DNA from: Podarcis muralis | Lineage: Eukaryota | Direction: 5' to 3' | Assembly: GCF_964188315.1 (NCBI RefSeq) | Contig: NC_135660.1 | Location: 39,432,001-39,496,000, forward strand | Length of the DNA: 64,000 bases | Part shown: positions 15,301-27,900 of the stretch, in pieces | How the letters are laid out: every line of letters starts with the position of its first letter | Numbering within the stretch: the stretch's first letter is position 1 | Notes under the pieces: generated by a model | Seen by the model: the letters and a program-made list of their open reading frames with translations, nothing else | Told to the model about the DNA's origin: nothing | Databases searched by the model: none | Made by a program: the position numbers and the translations under genes

Positions 15301-18300
15301 AACCCAACTAGCGTTGTCTGTTCATCACAGATGTTTTCCAGATAAGTCGTGAACTTTTTCCAGTCCTGGTTGCATTATCTTCAAATAAATGAATTGTTTA
15401 AAAAAGATTTGAAAGAAAGGGGATACATTGAAAGAGAGTCCAGATTTCAAATAGAGATAATAAATAATGATTATAAAGTATTGTCAAAAATGTATAAAAT
15501 GTTATTGGAATGGTTTACAAAGGATGAAGAGATTAAATCAGTCATGATACATTGGGCAAGAGATTTTGGTTATAATATACAGTTAGCAGACTGGGAAAAA
15601 GTATGGAATGATAATATGAAATTTACTGCATGTATGACGATAAAGGAAAACATAATGAAAATGGTATATAGATGGTATATTACCCCGGTTAAACTTGCAA
15701 AAATGTTTAAGACATGTAATAAGTGTTGGAAATGCAAAGAAAAGGAGGGGTCTCTCTTTCATATGTGGTGGGAATGTAAGAAGGTGAAGGGCTTTTGGGA
15801 AATGATTTACAATGAGCTGAAAAAGATGCTCAAATATACATTTGTAAAGAAACCAGAAGCTTTTCTGTTAGGAATTACAGGAAGAGAAATTAACAGAAGT
15901 GACTTTAAACTTTTCCAATATGCAGTGATTGCGGCAAGAATTTTAATGGCCCAAAAATGGAAACAAGAGGACTTACCGACAGTGGAAGAGTGGAGAATGA
16001 AACTTATGGATTTTGCAGAGTTAGATAAAATGACTGGGAAAATCAGATATAAGAAAGACCACAAGTTCATTGAGGACTGGACTGGACCGGAGGTCCGTTC
16101 TTAACCTGAAACTGTTCTTAACCTGAAGCACCACTTTAGCTAATGGGGCCTTCTGCCGCCGCGCAGCCAGAGCATGATTTCGGTTCTCATCCTGAAGCAA
16201 AGTTCTTAACCCGGGGTACTATTTCTGGGCTAGCAGAGTCTGTAACCTGAAGTGTATGTAACCTGAGGTACCACTGTACTGAGATTGAAAGTCGGTGAAA
16301 TGAAAGGAGAGTGGAAATATTTTGGGGGAGCATCAGCTCCCTCTCATTGGCTCTTGGGATCATCTGACCACATATATGAACCTCATATTCTTAAACATGT
16401 AATAAGAAGGCACAACTCACCATGATAACCCCAGTTTCATTATTGGCCAGCATAATGGAAACTAGACATGTAGTTGGACGGATTGCTGCAACAACTTCAT
16501 CTACTTCCACCTGTCCTGTCACTTTGGACACGGGTACAAAAGTGGCTTCTGTAAATCAGGATGCAATAAAAGATGTTGATCCCATAGCTCAATGCATTCA
16601 TCAGCACTTACTATGTATCTGGCAGCAGTGGAGAAAGTCACAGGGAATAGCAGACCTATTGCTAGGCAACAGACAAGCGCTCCTTAGTCTTGAAAGATTA
16701 AGATATGGCTGTCATAAGGGAATTTGGGAGGAAGTGGCTATTGACTTAGAAGCAGCATTTAATGAAAGAGGCAGCTGAGCAAAAATGGATTTTCCTGGAG
16801 CTCAGCTAGATACTTGGAAGATAAGAGAGGAGGAAGCTGAGGGGAAATGCTGCATGCTGTTTAAGTCTCTTCAGTTTGCAAAAGGCCCCACTAAGAGCTC
16901 TGAGTCTCATACTGAGTTCTGCCATGATCCTGCCCAATTGGAGAAGCACCGTTAAACCTAAACCTAGCACCGTTTGAACACAAGCTATATATTCCTCCCT
17001 CCCTACGCAGTGATAAGAGCACTTATCAGCCAGGTTAGGAATGCCATCTCTGACTCCATGTGTTGGTTACTTTTTGACAGGCAAGAAGGATAGGATAGGA
17101 TAGGATAGGATAGGATAGGATACCATAGGAAAGGATAGGATAGGATAGGATACCATAGGAAAGGATAGGAAAGGGAAAAGGAAATGATGCAAATAAATGC
17201 ATTTGAATTAAAGGTTCAGAACTGCCCCCAATTCTGGACATTAGCACCACAGTGAAAGTACTGCTGAGCCAGCTTTAGACAGCTCACATTCGGAGTAACC
17301 AATAAAGAGACAGTATACCATACAAAACCCCTTCATGGATCACTGCCTTGTTGTGGTGAAGGGACTTGAATAACTTCAAGAAGCTCTGAGCTATGCTGTG
17401 CAGGGCCACCCAAGACAGACAGGTCATAGCCGAGAGTTTAGACTAAATGTGATCCACCTGCAAAGGAACTGGCAATCCACTCCAGTATTTTGCCAAGAAA
17501 ACTCCATGGACATAAAAATGGAGAAGCTTTGAGAAGAAAGTGAGAGTTTCCAAGGCATGCTCTGGTTCATGGGGTCACAGAGAGTTGAACACGACTAAGA
17601 CGACTAAACAGCAATACCAAAAAAGTAGTATTTGCTACTCAGAAACTAAAATTGCTAAAAAAAGAGCTTTTGCCTAAGCAGAATCTGGCAAGTGTGTATA
17701 ATTTTATCAGCAATCTCTGACTATCCACTACAGTATACTCACCAGCCTCATGCTCTTTCACTAGGTGCTCCACAGGGAGACGGACTGAGTCATGCTCAAT
17801 GCAAGATGTAATTAAATGTGGACACAGCCCCAGAGTCTTTTGTTTATCTTCTCTTGGTCCATCAGAACTTTGCTTGTTGCTTTCCTTAAAATGCTTCACT
17901 GCAGTGTGGATCACTAAATTGTTTGCCTGAATGGAAAAAGGAGGGATACAAATCCCCATCTCATAAGTTCATATGAATATCCAGATTTACCAGTGCAGTC
18001 CTCTGGAGTAGACAATGCTGAATTTCTTACCCAAAAACTAGTTCAGTGGCAGACTTGTCTTTCAGTCTCAGAAGGATCAGAGGCAGAGGACTGATTTGTA
18101 GTCATTACCTCCATGTGAGTGAATCAAATTGCAATACATGCTCCTTTGCAGGTTTTAAATAAAAGATAGAGCCATTCAACAGAAGAGGGATAGACTTTCT
18201 TTTTATCTGATGGGTGTTTGCTGGGTCTTACTTGGCACTAATTAAGAATGGAGTCACCAATGCTATGAGAAGCAAATAAAGTCAGACTCCATTTAGGGGG

Positions 18301-19664
18301 GAAAGAGAGCTAGCATGTTATGGGTTGATCTCTTAAATGACTACCAGGTCAAAACAGTGCTAGCAGAATCTCATATCTCACCTCTGTCCCACCAGAAGTG
18401 AAGACGATGTCCTGGGGTCGTCCCCCTACCATTCTAGCCAGACTTTCACGGGCTCCATCTATAATATTTTTAGCCCTTCGACCTGTGAAATCAAAGGCAC
18501 ATTTATCTTATTATCAAGGCAAGGTGTGTGGGGTGTGTCTCTCCAAAGGGTGGCATTAGGGGAAAACTACCACCTTGAGTTCCAGGATGTAATAAAGTGA
18601 TAAATAAACAAATTATTAAGTCCACCCAAATTCTGGAAGAGTTTAATTGTTTTGATACAGAATAATTATTTCTGGTAACAATAAGTGCCAGATTTGGCTC
18701 TGTGTTCCTTGCATGAGCATTTATTTCAGTGAGTGCTAGAGACTGGATCACATGTAGTAATACATTCCTTTAAGGCCATTTCAATGCAGTAACTTGAATT
18801 TAAAAAGGCAAGACAAATATAAAAATGAGATGGATGCTTTCATAGAATGTTTCCATCCAGGCTTGCTCTCACCTTCTGCGTAAGAGCTGCTCGGATTGCC
18901 CCATGCTTCATGCATGGCTTCTGTAACTGTCTCAATCACCTCTGGAGCCAGAGGGGTGGTTGCATTGTAATCTAGATATATCTTCCTGAAGGGAACAGAA
19001 TGCAAGAATAGTTACAACAGAAAAAGGAATTAAGATACATTACCTCTAGCACTCTTTTGGCCAAAGTTGCATCATTGGTTATGAAAAATGCTGCCCTAAC
19101 CAAACCACTCCTAAAGTCGTCATTGCCACAACCACAAAGATGATACTGGGGTTTTGAAATAAAACATCACTATCTCTCCCCAAGCTTTTAAATGTGGTGC
19201 CAGTTTTGATGAATACATCATATGACACACTCACATAAATGTGACAAAGTGGGCCCAGGCCCATGAAAGCATATGCCACAATGCATTTGCTAATCTTTAA
19301 AGTGATTTTGCTGAAAATCACAGCATTCTAGCACTTAAGAAGTTGACTACTGTAATGATCTTTCAGTTCCTAGAGCTCAATCCTAAGATTTTTTTACTTG
19401 CTTGGAGTTTTGCAATCCAATCTACACACATTTACTTGGAAGTAAGTTCCACTTAATTCAACAGGACTCATTCCCAAGGTATATTGTGGGTAAAATAGCA
19501 AAATCTCAGCACTTACCATTGTCAAAACATTGTCTCCATTTTTTAAAGTCAAGGGAAGCTACAAACCTGTTTGATGAGTTGTTCTCTTCCCCATCAAAGC
19601 CAATTTTCTCTCTGTTCTCATTTCCTTTGTTCACTAATACTTTCTTCATTTGCTTCTCTTCCAT
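6313..19664 (-). CDS. SCLY: Selenocysteine lyase, 12 coding exons: 19664-19567, 18985-18873, 18482-18382, 17926-17743, 16548-16421, 14114-13950, 12559-12453, 11759-11723, 10524-10441, 10238-10136, 8801-8726, 6457-6313
   Basis: All exons have GT-AG borders and join in frame. Translation includes [33 protein letters not shown] (EHD as in SCLY, not the EHK of NFS1), [20 protein letters not shown] (PLP lysine), [21 protein letters not shown] (catalytic Cys) and ALRLSVGR, ending in TAG. The first coding exon (MEEKQMKK...NNSSNR) is the least certain and was chosen for its phase-2 donor. Confidence 0.97.
9172..9860. mobile_element. Stack of three Tc1/pogo MITEs: A 9172-9624 containing B 9343-9551, then C 9627-9860
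   Basis: Three pairs of cagtggtacc TIRs, each flanked by TA. Confidence 0.85.
13169..13400 (-). mobile_element. Possible decayed RTE-clade RT fragment
   Basis: [10 protein letters not shown]...FSAA resembles the ELLFADDCAL...FSAAC segment of RTE reverse transcriptases. Similarity is short. Confidence 0.35.
14549..14809. mobile_element. Tc1/pogo MITE, second family
   Basis: TIRs cagtggtgcctcgcaagacg...cgtcttgcggggcaccactg with TA flanks. Confidence 0.88.
15033..16276. mobile_element. Tc1/pogo MITE interrupted by an L1 insertion
   Basis: Left arm 15033-15081 and right arm 16087-16276 rejoin into the same MITE family as 1058-1299. Confidence 0.85.
15082..16086 (-). mobile_element. 5'-truncated, 5'-inverted L1-clade LINE
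   Basis: 16-bp TSD ccggaggtccgttctt at 15066-15081 and 16087-16102. Poly(A) and the ORF2 end ([26 protein letters not shown]) read on minus, 15082-15367. The upstream ORF2 part ([24 protein letters not shown]) reads on plus, about 15368-16080. Confidence 0.88.
17086..17170. repeat. (GATAG)n microsatellite
   Basis: Direct pentamer repeats with interruptions. Confidence 0.95.
17322..17615 (+). mobile_element. BovB/RTE-related non-autonomous element
   Basis: gatcactgccttgttgtggtgaagggacttg head, ccactccagtattttgccaagaaaactccatgga, and ggggtcacagagagttgaacacgactaa tail. Confidence 0.7.
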
Positions 19665-21370
19665 TCTCCACTAACCTATTTTAAGAAAAACACAACCCAC
19701 TATGTTTCATGAAACATTAGACTTCAAATTGCACACAAATAAATTCTGACATGCCTTTGCACATTAATCAAAAAGACACGACTACTCGTTCTGCTGTATC
19801 TTCAGGAATCAGAGGCACTGACTTGCGCCCCAGATTGGAGGGGCCCAGCATTGCACGCAAGCGCAACGTGACATCATGACATCACACATGTGAAACCAAT
19901 GGGTACGCAATGAAGCCCAACACCACTGCCCCCTGCTTGCAACTGCAGCCCTGAACGCCACCACCCATGCACCACCTTACCTCCACTGGCTCTCCACAGC
20001 CACTGCAGCAGCTAGGCCAAGGTCTCTGCCGCAAGGCCTCCAGTGGAGGTTAGGCGGCAGGCAGCGGCAGTTTGAGGTGGTCCAGCTGCATTTGTAGGCA
20101 GGGTGGTGGTGGTGGGAGGAGCCCAAGGACTAGACACACATCATTGGGAGGCTTCCTCCACCCCCTCAACATTGGGGGGGGGGGCTTGGCCTGCCTACAA
20201 ATATTGAGGGGGTCCAATCCTATAGAGATGGCACCAGTGTCAGGAATATTGAATTACCATTCTGTAGAGGTACCTCCAAAGATGGACATAAGAAAGTTAG
20301 AAGAAATACTTCCCATCATATTCCCTGTCTACCTAGGATTGATATACTATCTTCCCTGGTTTCCAGCTGGGAGGCAGTCAAAGGAAGAGTCACACACATT
20401 GTCAAAAGATTTGTATATGGGAGATATGTTTTAGGGCTGACAGTGGCTCTCCAGAATTCCCCCCCCCCAATCCTACCTGGAAATGCCAAAGACTGAAAGT
20501 GAATCTGGACCTTTTGCATGCAAAGCATGTGCTTTACACTACCAAGCTACAACTCTTCCTCAAAGGTGAATTGCCTAATGTTCCCAAGGAAGCTCATAGT
20601 AGAGGGGAAATTATTATCATTATTTATTAAATTTCTATTCCACCCTTCATCCAGAGATCACAGGGTGGTTGACAATATAAAAACACAAAAATACATACCA
20701 TAATAGCAAACAAAAACAATACTCCCCACAGTTTAAAAAGCCATAGAAAGCCAAAAATTCTAAATTGTAGTTCAATCTGCAGTGATGGTAGTTATTCTGT
20801 TATAATTTTCACCTGTTCCCACATTTTCTCTCATAGGCTCAATGCACAGGCACTGTTTATGAGCAAAGAGCTTCAGACACTTCCAACACATAACCAGAAT
20901 AAAATTTTGTTGTGTAGCTTATCACTCAACAACAGAGGGTTGTTGAGTGGAATGGGAGAGCTTCACACTATATGAAAGACCCTTAGATGGCTTGCAGTCC
21001 TATCCACAGTTGTTATCATTCCTCTCCGTTTTGTAATTATCATTGCTTTGTTTTTGCACTGAAACCCCGCCCTTTCCATTAAGACTTTAGCACAACCTTC
21101 TAATCCCAATGCCCTATTGTAATTAACCCTAAATACATGTACCTGAAATAACTGCTTATCTAAGCCTTGTCTCTGCTTCCCTCCCGTTTCTGTCATTGCC
21201 TATTTCTGGATTGTGAACCCCTTGGGGCAGGGACCTAGCAGCTCCTTCTTGTTTTGTTGCAAAGCCTCATGAACATGGATGGCACCATACTAACATTAAT
21301 ACAAGAAAACAATTTATATGAGTCACCAAGTTGGTTCCTTTTATTTTATTTACAGGGAGATGTTTCTTAC

Positions 21371-22900
21371 TGCTGAAATTGTGCTAAACAAAATGGGGAA
21401 CTGTTCTCTCAGCTCTTGCCCACAAGACATAAAGTGAACCTCCCTTTGGACTAGGGAGCGTATATCTTAATAGAGACAAAGAAAAGAGACGACTACTCCC
21501 GCCCCACGGGTGAGAGATGCCTATCCAATAACAGCTGAAAACAGAATGCTCGACTGCACAACCTTCCGCCTCAACGCGACCATTTTTATACAAACTTCGA
21601 GGCGCACCTATTGGCTACTACGGCATAATTTCAGCTACGAACCAATCCGCGTCCTCCAACTCACCACGTAGCTATTGGCTGCTGAGGCTGCTTAACACTC
21701 CAGCCACCGACAAATCAGTTCCGCGCCACACAATTCGGACTGACAGTGGCAAGGCGGGTTGACGCGTAGTTAGACGCAGGAGCCGGGGCATCCGTTGACT
21801 CTCTCTTCCCACTCTCACTATCATTAGTAATATGACGACAGTCTCCCGAAAGAGGGCATTGGTCTATGGTCGAGTCTGGTACTGGTGTGGCTTCAGCTTC
21901 CGCCCAAGAAAGGCTATTAGTTTAATCGCGACCAGGCGGGTCGACTCCTCAAGGACCAATCAGCTTCCTCCTCCGCCAGTGCGTAATGGCGCTCAGCAAG
22001 GCACGGCTGCGTTAGTTAACCAATCGGTTGCCTCGCATTGACGATAACCTGCCTCCGACCTTCCCCTTAAGAAGCAAGACCCCTTCGTCCATTTGCCTTG
22101 GCTTCGCTTTACTGATTCTGCTCACCTGACGGTAGTTGGCGACTGGGTCTTTTTTTTTTTTTTGCCGTCGTCGTTACTTGTTCGACCTATTTTTTCCCCA
22201 CAAGGAGGCCTCACAGGCCCGGTTTTCGCCTCAGCTGCAGAAACGGGACCATATATTAGCTACCAACGCCCAGTTTATTTTTTCAAAGCAACTCGGTGAA
22301 TGACAGTTGAGATCATAGAGACGTCGGCATGAGAGACCACCACAGGGGAAGGGTTGCTCGCGCTGCCCTTCCTCAAGATGGCGGCGGCGGCGGCATCGCT
22401 TTCCCTTTTCCCGCTGCGTAGGGCTCGCTCGCTCGCTCTCACTTACCAAGATGGCGAAGGATGGGCCGCGGGCTTTTAATTGACGCTTTACCTCTTCTGG
22501 CTGGTTCTGCTGATCGAAGGCAGGTCTTGGGGATAACGGGAGAGGCGGGATTAGAGCCGGCCAGGCCGGGCTATTCAACGGTTGGCCGGCCGGGCAGGGG
22601 AAACGGCGCCTGGGCCTCAGGCGGCTTCGGCCTGGGAGTGGGGAGGAACTTGCCGGGGCTGAGAGGGAGGGAGGCCGGGCCCCACCCCCATCCGCCTCAT
22701 GGCGCCTGTGGCGGCTTTCGCCTCACTGGCGTTATTTTCCAGGCAGGAATAAGGGCTGGCAACTGCCTGTACGTGGAGTGCCTGGTCCCTGCCTTGCAGA
22801 CGGGCAGTGGGGTGCGCAGGTGTTCTCTGGTGCTCTTGACAGCCTCGTGGTTTGAGGCGGTACAGGGTTGGTCCGCTTGACAGGTTTTAGAAAGATCCCT
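21371..22900. promoter_or_regulatory. CpG-island bidirectional promoter shared by SCLY (minus) and the transposase-like gene (plus)
   Basis: High CpG density. Several CCAAT/ATTGG boxes between about 21520 and 22030. Minus-strand TATAAAAA at 21583-21590 and a minus-strand donor (gtaaga) at 21370. YY1-type CAAGATGGCG motifs near 22375 and 22447 on plus. Confidence 0.8.
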
Positions 22901-24117
22901 TCCTTCTCGGTGGGCTGTTTTAATCCCCCCTGTTGACCTCCAGAACGTGATCCCCGGACGCTATGCTCTCAAGCCTCTTTGGTTTAGTGCACTACCTGCG
23001 CTCATAGTTTCCAGGACCTAGAGTGGACTTTCATAAATCCCGTGATTGCATCTCCTTAAAAATCCAAGTTTTGAGCCCTTCAGTTGAGAATTTGCTTACA
23101 GTTTGAAAATAGGAAATTGCCTGAATGCTAAAACTTGGAAGCATCATTGTATATATGTTGACAGGTGCTATTTGTATTTATTTGCCTGTTTCCATTCTGG
23201 GATTCGGGTTTCCTTTAGAAAATACTGTTCCATTTCAGATTGCAACACTATGCACATCTGGGAGGAAAAGCTGTAGTCAACTCACTGGGACTTGCTTGTG
23301 AATATATATGCATGAGGTTGCACTGACAGGAAGATTAATGTAGTTATACCAGGGCACTTACTGCAGCAGGCAGCTTTGAAAAAGCAAGATTGAGGAAAAG
23401 GTACAGCTACTTGGAACTGTTGCAGTGCAATCTGTTAAAGGCTACCTGTGTGATGGGAGAGCAGGCTCGAAATGTTGTAAATAAATATTTTTAAAGATTT
23501 GAAGGTAACTTGGCCACCACAGATTTCTGAGTTATAATGGACAAAATACAAGTATTAAGACTGCTTGTCGAGGTGATTTGTGGTTAATCGGAGAAACACC
23601 TGTGCCATTGCTAGAAGGCTTTTTGTGAATTCCCTAATAGGGTTTAATAGATGGTATCTAATGTTAATCGTGCTCAAAGGAGACCCACTGAAATCAACGG
23701 ACAAGTACTCTGGGTCTACCTTGTATGATATTGCACTATATTTTTAAATATTAAAATATAAGAACATATTGAATTATATATGAATGATTTAGCTGTGCCA
23801 ATGACAGATCATGTGGGAAATTCAGACTGCAGCTAACATGAATAAAATACTTTATTGATGCTTTACTGCTCGACAAGTCAGTTTTGTTTTTCAGATAGGA
23901 GCTTACTTAGTCCAAATGGGTGGAACTAAGTAATGCTCTCTCCAGAAATTACTTGATTGTTTATGTTGGCTGCAGTCCTGAACACTTTGACCACCTTGAC
24001 TTACATATTCTTAGCTTCACATAATTAAGTTTTTCTTTTAATTCTTGTTGCTACTCTATTTCAACTGTCTAATATCTCTTTATTTCAGCTTTTGGTATAA
24101 AGAGACACTGGAAAGGA

Positions 24118-24996
24118 ATGATGGCGGCTTTGGATACTAAAGCAAAAGCAAAAAAAACTCTGGGAACAGTTGATTATGTGGAGTCATCAGAATTTGCACA
24201 AGGAATTCTGCCTACCAAGAAGGATGTCATTCAAAACATGCTATATCTATTGCACCCGAAAAGGGCTGGGCAAGCCCAGCGATCCAAAGAAGATGCTGCC
24301 CAGTTGCTTGCTGAACTTCTGCAGGAGCACTGGTTGTTTTGCAATTTGTATACCATAGCAACACAAAGCATAAAGAAGCATATTCTTAAGGTGTATGAGG
24401 AATTTTCAAAATTATATCAGTCCAGAAAGCGGAGAAAAAATGAGTTGTTTACACAGAAAGCAGATGATTTCAACAGGAGTTCAGAGCAGCTTTTTGACAT
24501 ATTTTGTACAGACACAGGAACAAGAGAGAAATTGGAGCAATACAGTGGTGTGAAGATGACTGACATTGAGTGGAAATTTCTTGAAGATCAGAGGAGTGAA
24601 AGAAAAATGTACTTTGAGGACTTCGTGGACAAGAAACAAATGGAAACAATAGAAAGACGAAGAAAAGTAGAATCACTGGAGCATTTCAGGAAGATTGCAG
24701 AAGAAGAGAAAGATGCATGTAAGCGTAAAGGAATGACTTCCAATAGAGATGAGCAGCCAGTTGAAGATGTCAGCAGTAGGAAGAAAGATGACCCCTGCCT
24801 TGGACGCAGCAAAGGAATTGGGAACTTTTCACATAAGGCAAAAAGAAAGCGCCTATCTTCTGGCTGGATTACTGGGACAGCATCTTCAACTAGCTATAGC
24901 GAGTCAGTTGCACCTGAATGTCAACATATACGTATGAGCATCAGAAAAGTCAGACCAGGGTTCTATGAGACTTTTGACAAATATGAAAACTGCTAG
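24118..24996 (+). CDS. Intact 292-aa ORF resembling the N-terminal region of hATm-like (Cc8K15.2-like) DNA transposases; candidate domesticated gene
   Basis: No stops or frameshifts. Preceded by a good acceptor (tctctttatttcag, exon starts 24089) and a strong Kozak context (GGAATGATGGCGG). Motifs LPTKKDVI, WLFCNLYTI, LFDIFCTD, GVKMT, FLEDQRSERKM and RKVRPGFY match my recollection of this family. Basic NLS-like patches RKRRK and KAKRKR. No DDE core and no TIRs seen. Confidence 0.7.
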   Translation: MMAALDTKAKAKKTLGTVDYVESSEFAQGILPTKKDVIQNMLYLLHPKRAGQAQRSKEDAAQLLAELLQEHWLFCNLYTIATQSIKKHILKVYEEFSKLYQSRKRRKNELFTQKADDFNRSSEQLFDIFCTDTGTREKLEQYSGVKMTDIEWKFLEDQRSERKMYFEDFVDKKQMETIERRRKVESLEHFRKIAEEEKDACKRKGMTSNRDEQPVEDVSSRKKDDPCLGRSKGIGNFSHKAKRKRLSSGWITGTASSTSYSESVAPECQHIRMSIRKVRPGFYETFDKYENC

Positions 24997-27900
24997 CCCA
25001 ACATTCAAAATCTGTTTCTGTTGAAGTTTTGGGAGGTCTTAATACCCTGACTAATTGGAAGTTGATGTAGATAATTTTGTTGGGCTCCATTAATGTACAG
25101 CAACACCACCAAAGCAATGGCACCAGTAGAAATGGGCTTTTAGCTTACTGAGAAAGTAAGATTTGTTTAGGCCTGCACTGATACTTTCACAAGGTGAAAG
25201 TACTGTGTACTAAAAAGCTATAGTGTAGCAAAGGAAGACAGAAAAACCAATGTTTGGATGTTAAAGCAAACCAAATGCACAATAGTAGGTTATGTTATAT
25301 AATAACAATTTAACCACTGGAACAGACTTCTTAGGAAGGTGGTGCATTCTCCATTTCATACAGTCTTCATGTTGGGCTGGACACTCCTAAAAAAACATTT
25401 TGCTGAAATGTTGTATAGTGGCCTGAAATAGAAGTGTGAGGAGAAAATGCAGACTCTCCTGTAGGAGAGTCATATTATATAACCTGTTGCCCATTCCAAC
25501 CTCAGTGTCTCCCAAGACTGGAAGACCATGTACAATTAAAATAAAAAATGGTAACTAGTGAGATGGCAGCTAAAAGGGGAACATGGTTATGGGGCTGTGT
25601 GTCACAATGCAGGATCTTTTTGAGACTCAATAGACTGCTAACTTCCTGCCTGTTAAAACGAGTAAGCACACCTGAAGGGAAAACAGTAATTGGCTCAAAT
25701 ATCTAAAAAGTACAGTAGTTTCCTGTAATGCCCACCCCCATACCTTGATAATACTTGTATGGTCTTAAGAGACTGACCATATACAATTTGCCATTACTTC
25801 ATTGAGACTTGAAGGGGTTCTGCGCCTTTCAGGACTAGGTGTTTACAGGCGAAAGAAAATAGGCTTCCTCTGTTTGATCTTGCAGATATTTAGTTCCTAA
25901 AATACCTATACAGTTCTGAAAAGCAGCTTTTGATAGATAGCATTGGCTCATGTGAGAAGGGGGGGGAAAGAGTCAGGAAATTTAAAAAATGGCTTTTGGT
26001 ATAAATGTGGTGGTAACAACTTTGTATATTTTCTGCATTCTTAGCAATTAAATATCAGTGGTGAGAAATATATGTGGAAAAGTTGAATTTGTAATTGAAA
26101 ATATTTGAGACATAAACATGTATAATGCACTGAACATAGCATGGGCTTGGAACTGCCTTACAAATTATTTTAAAGGTGTTTAATTCTTTTCATTAAGTAA
26201 GGATTGCAAATGAATGCACTGTAATGTTTGCTACAGTGGAAGGACGTAGCTGCACTGCAGTTATAATGTCCACTGAAACAGAAGCAAGTCCTTCCATCTT
26301 GAGAAATTTGTAGCTCTGCCTGCAGTGAGCATTGGTAGTACAGATTGCAGCCCTTTCAAAGCTAGGCAAAACTTCTGTTTTCATACATCACTGTTTTTTT
26401 TCCAGCATACAGATGGCTAGTTTTCACAGTCTCAGATCCAGACATATTGTATGCATGATGGTCTGTGCATGTACTGTTACATTACATGACCTCTGGATCA
26501 CATGGTGTATACACAGACATCCACATGTGGAATTTCTTTATTCTTATCTCTGGAAAGTCACAAACACCCGGCAACACACCCATACACATGTTTCCCATCA
26601 TGTTGGGAAGAGTATATTCCTCAGTACACTGCCCCATTGGCTGTATAGTAGTTACATCCTAGAAATCATGGGGTATTGGGAATGGTTTACAAATATATGT
26701 ACATCACTTGATCTATCACCACCTAATGGTTCTTTGCTGAAGATGTGAACTGTGCACCATAATGCTGTGTGTTGGTATTAACGTTGGGCGATATAACTGG
26801 CCTGTTAAAGTTAGCATAATATTTTAAATTTTGTTCACATAATTTCCATAAATACAAGTACTTCAAAATATTAAATGGTTACTTTTAGGCAAAGGGCACC
26901 TGTCTAGCCCCAAATCCTAATAACAAATTGCCATCGTTTTGTTACCCTTTGCCAGAAATGGTTTTATTTCATCTGTTGCCTTTTTTCATATGGACCAAAA
27001 ATGTAACTTTATGCAGCATTATATGCATGTTGTGTCAAGCTAAGGAACAATGATTTATTACTACATCTGCCCTTGCTTATACATTTGATTTTCCATATGA
27101 GAAGTAGCCCCGCTCTAAAACCATGTCAAAAAGGCTGACTGGAGAGACGATTAATCCAATTAATTGTAATGTAATTGGGTGATGTGCATTATGTCAGTAA
27201 TACAAGCAGTTTTACTGGATCTTTGAAGCAATAAAAGCACCCTCTTTTTTCGGGAAAACAAGTGAGCCATCACTAATGGTAGTGACTGCTTCCATTAAAA
27301 TTTGTCTCCTTTAAAGTTTTTAGATGGATATTTCCAAATGTTTGCATTCAATAGTCATAGTTAATTTTGAAGTTGTTTCCATTCCCAGTCAAGATAAGCT
27401 AACCAAATGCCTAAAATTATCATCCCTCATTCGTCCTAATATTAAATGCCTCCCCAAATTGCAATATATTTTCTGCACAGGCAAATTTTGAACCTTCGAA
27501 TGGAGGAAATTGTCAGAATGAGATTCAGTCACTCTGAGTTTAATGTTTTAGGGATCAAAAATCTTTTTTGTTTCCTGGAAGGGATAATTCAAATGATATA
27601 TGTTCTGTAGCATACATACAAATGCCTCGCTCCATACATTGCAAAAAAGCAGCTAATTTTTCTTTTTCCATGTGTTCGTATTGATTGGTTAGGTTCATTT
27701 AAAACTCAAAGTAATGAATATATGATTTAGTAGTAAGTGTGTGATTATCGCATTACTGCTGAATTAATCCTACTTTTTTTTAAAAAAAGTATGAATAATC
27801 AGGCCCAGTGCTAAAGGTTTCTGGAATTTGTTGATGGCAGGCCTGCCAAAAGATCATGTTGAATTTCTTGATAGACTGGTCATGTTCAAAAGAAGCAGCA

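Noticed and set aside
15349-16104. 251-aa ORF as a host gene
   Set aside because: It is the inverted ORF2 segment of the L1 insertion and runs into the TSD and MITE.
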